From NCBI GenBank assembly GCA_973895155.1, contig OZ316896.1, positions 15,748,576 through 15,812,575 on the forward strand: DNA of 64,000 nt, given 5' to 3'. This DNA is from Marsupella aquatica (Eukaryota > Plantae > Marchantiophyta). Below, piece after piece: positions 62,201-64,000 of this stretch (positions are counted from its first letter, which is position 1; every line of letters begins with the position of its first letter). The notes beneath the pieces were generated by a model. That model was not told the DNA's origin. It saw only the letters and a program-made list of their open reading frames with translations, and searched no databases. The position numbers and the translations under genes were made by a program.

Positions 62201-63789
62201 TGCTCAAGCTGTTAATAGCCCTTTCAAATGTAAGCACATGAGATCAACAAATCCAACCAAAAGAACACAGAGCTTCATACTTTGCAGAAGCATTTAGTTA
62301 GCTAAACTCTGCCTCCTCGCCCAGGAAAGTTCAATTACTCAAAACCTTTCATCAACCGTTCCAAGGAAGCGGGCGTAAATATTTAGGTTGATCCATCCTT
62401 ATCTTTCACAAGAAAACTAGACAAAGATCTCTCTACAACTGAGATTACAGACCGATGACAAGAACGTCTTTGATCATGTATCGTAACTTCATATATCGGT
62501 CCTGCGGTTAATAAAATCGAGCTTCCAAAATCCATCCATGACATCGCCGGATATTTTGACTAATGCATCTAAAACACACAAAGTTTGACAATTGATCAAT
62601 ACCCTGGTCCATTCCAGTTCATTCAGGACATATGCAAATCATTTTTGAGGCCTAGAGACAAGAACTGGAGATCTCCATTTTAGAAAACCGAGACTTGTTA
62701 AGAATCTTGAGCAGATATTTACCTTCCCACCTTCATCTGCACTGAACGTGGCCATGAGAGTCAAGCTCAAGGACTCGAGCGAAATGTCTTCCGCGAATCC
62801 ACTCCACACTGTGACCACAAGAGTACCGGGATCTCCTTCTTCAAGTTCCAGAGGAGGTCCTCCCTTGGATGTGAAAGTGATGAGCGCAGATACGTCTAAG
62901 GATACAGGAGACTGTAGTCCACTGTGAGCCAGCCTCACAATTTCAGACTGCAAACCCTGCCGCTCTTTTAAGGACAGCAATCCCCTATCCAATGATAACA
63001 GCTTCATACAAGAAGAAAGGTATCCAGCCCAGTCACCCAATCGCTTTTGGCAATCAGAGAGACGTGGGAGGACCTCGGCTAGTAAAGCATTCCAGCGCTC
63101 TCCCGCATAAAGAGCACAAACCTTCTCATACAGTTTGGCTGCTGAATCTAAATTCCCGCGTCTGTAGTACACAGCTGCAACTTCTCCATCTAGCACAACC
63201 CCGTGACGTTTGCGCCAGGAACGGTGGTAATTATCTGCTGCAGCTCTAGTGAGCTCCATGTACATTTCCTACAGAATATACAGCACTTATGCGTAAGGCT
63301 GATAGGGCTGTCAAGCAAAACTTATTAACTGGACATGTGGCACATGGACTAAAAGAAGACGGCTAGTTAAACAAGGGGGATACCTGGTTAATAACTTTGA
63401 GTTCAAACAGAAAATAGTGTAAGAATACGGACATCAACTACTAAAATGCTTAAAGCCTTACCTCAAATCCGTCAACAGAGGAAAGTGTTTTGTGTAGATA
63501 TTCATCCGTTAACGTCGCCAGCAAAGCATCCTCTGCAGCTGCTTGTATTTCACCTAGCCTCATGGGATGGTCTATTGCACCCCAAGACGTAGCTGTAGTA
63601 AGTCCTCCAACTGCTGGGCTTCCTGGCCGTCCAGGACTCGCAGGAATTCCAGATCCACTTCCTGGCCGTGGTGAAGATAACCCCATAGCTCCATCTACAG
63701 CTGCACTACCATTAGTCGCCACCTTCATACTACTGGACCGACTAATAGGAGCTCCATCCTCCCCAGCAAATGAATCTGACCTCCGGAAG
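59254..63789 (-). CDS. TRS130: TRAPPII-specific subunit 130 (TRS130/TRAPPC10/CLUB), 3' portion; 5' exons lie beyond the window
   Basis: YMELTRAAADNYHRSWRKRHGVVLDGEVAA..AAKLYEKVCALYAGERW..LLAEVLP, SLDVSALITF..GPPLEL, LPPQRPGSYVLGVLTGHIG, GGPPDSDDYLSFEKP, EPQWVGII, RVGQQVVFQWRIERL, WMIAGRKKG and GPHLLCVLPP. Exons at about 63462-63789, 62723-63268, 61785-62019, 60803-61501, 60573-60678, 60231-60427, 59667-60110 and 59254-59535. Confidence 0.93.
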
Positions 63790-64000
63790 CTGTCACAGTG
63801 CAGAGACAATGTTTGACTTTGGTTAGGTAACAGCATAAGTGCAAAATGTCAAGGAATAGGCATTTCCTACCGAATGGAAGGACTCTATATTACGTGCAAG
63901 CAAGATGTGACTACAACCTTATGAGGCATACAGATATCAACAAACCTATCCAAGGACTCAGTACACGAAGCAAAGCATTCAACTATATCCATGGACACAT

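Overview
Land-plant nuclear DNA, most likely a moss or other bryophyte (inferred from GT-AG introns, a highly repetitive PLS-DYW editing factor and the TE types). There are no prokaryotic features or CRISPR arrays. Bases 1-16,500 are a repeat-rich block: a Helitron-like 5' end, a Bianca-type Copia remnant, a deleted Ty3/Gypsy element, a long LTR-like segment, and several compact, intronless, decayed orphan ORFs. These orphans include a head-to-tail pair of ~80-aa paralogs, an F-box-like ORF, a TM-tailed ORF and a triple AT-hook ORF. Host genes: DUF616/MUCI70-like glycosyltransferase (+), LTV1 (-), a 20-motif PPR-DYW RNA-editing factor (+), RHL1 (+, with a frame-preserving duplication of RG-rich exons), intronless HPPD (-) and the 3' part of TRS130/TRAPPC10 (-). 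The PPR-DYW gene is immediately preceded by a collapsed mitochondrial HSP60 pseudogene. Also present: an old rpoC2 NUPT, a non-autonomous Helitron whose cargo is a LINE ORF1, a fully bordered PIF/Harbinger element (13-bp TIR, TTA TSD), a solo LTR with a perfect TSD, several MITE-like hairpins and tandem repeats. All calls come from reading and recalled motif knowledge; no database search was run, and exon coordinates are manual.
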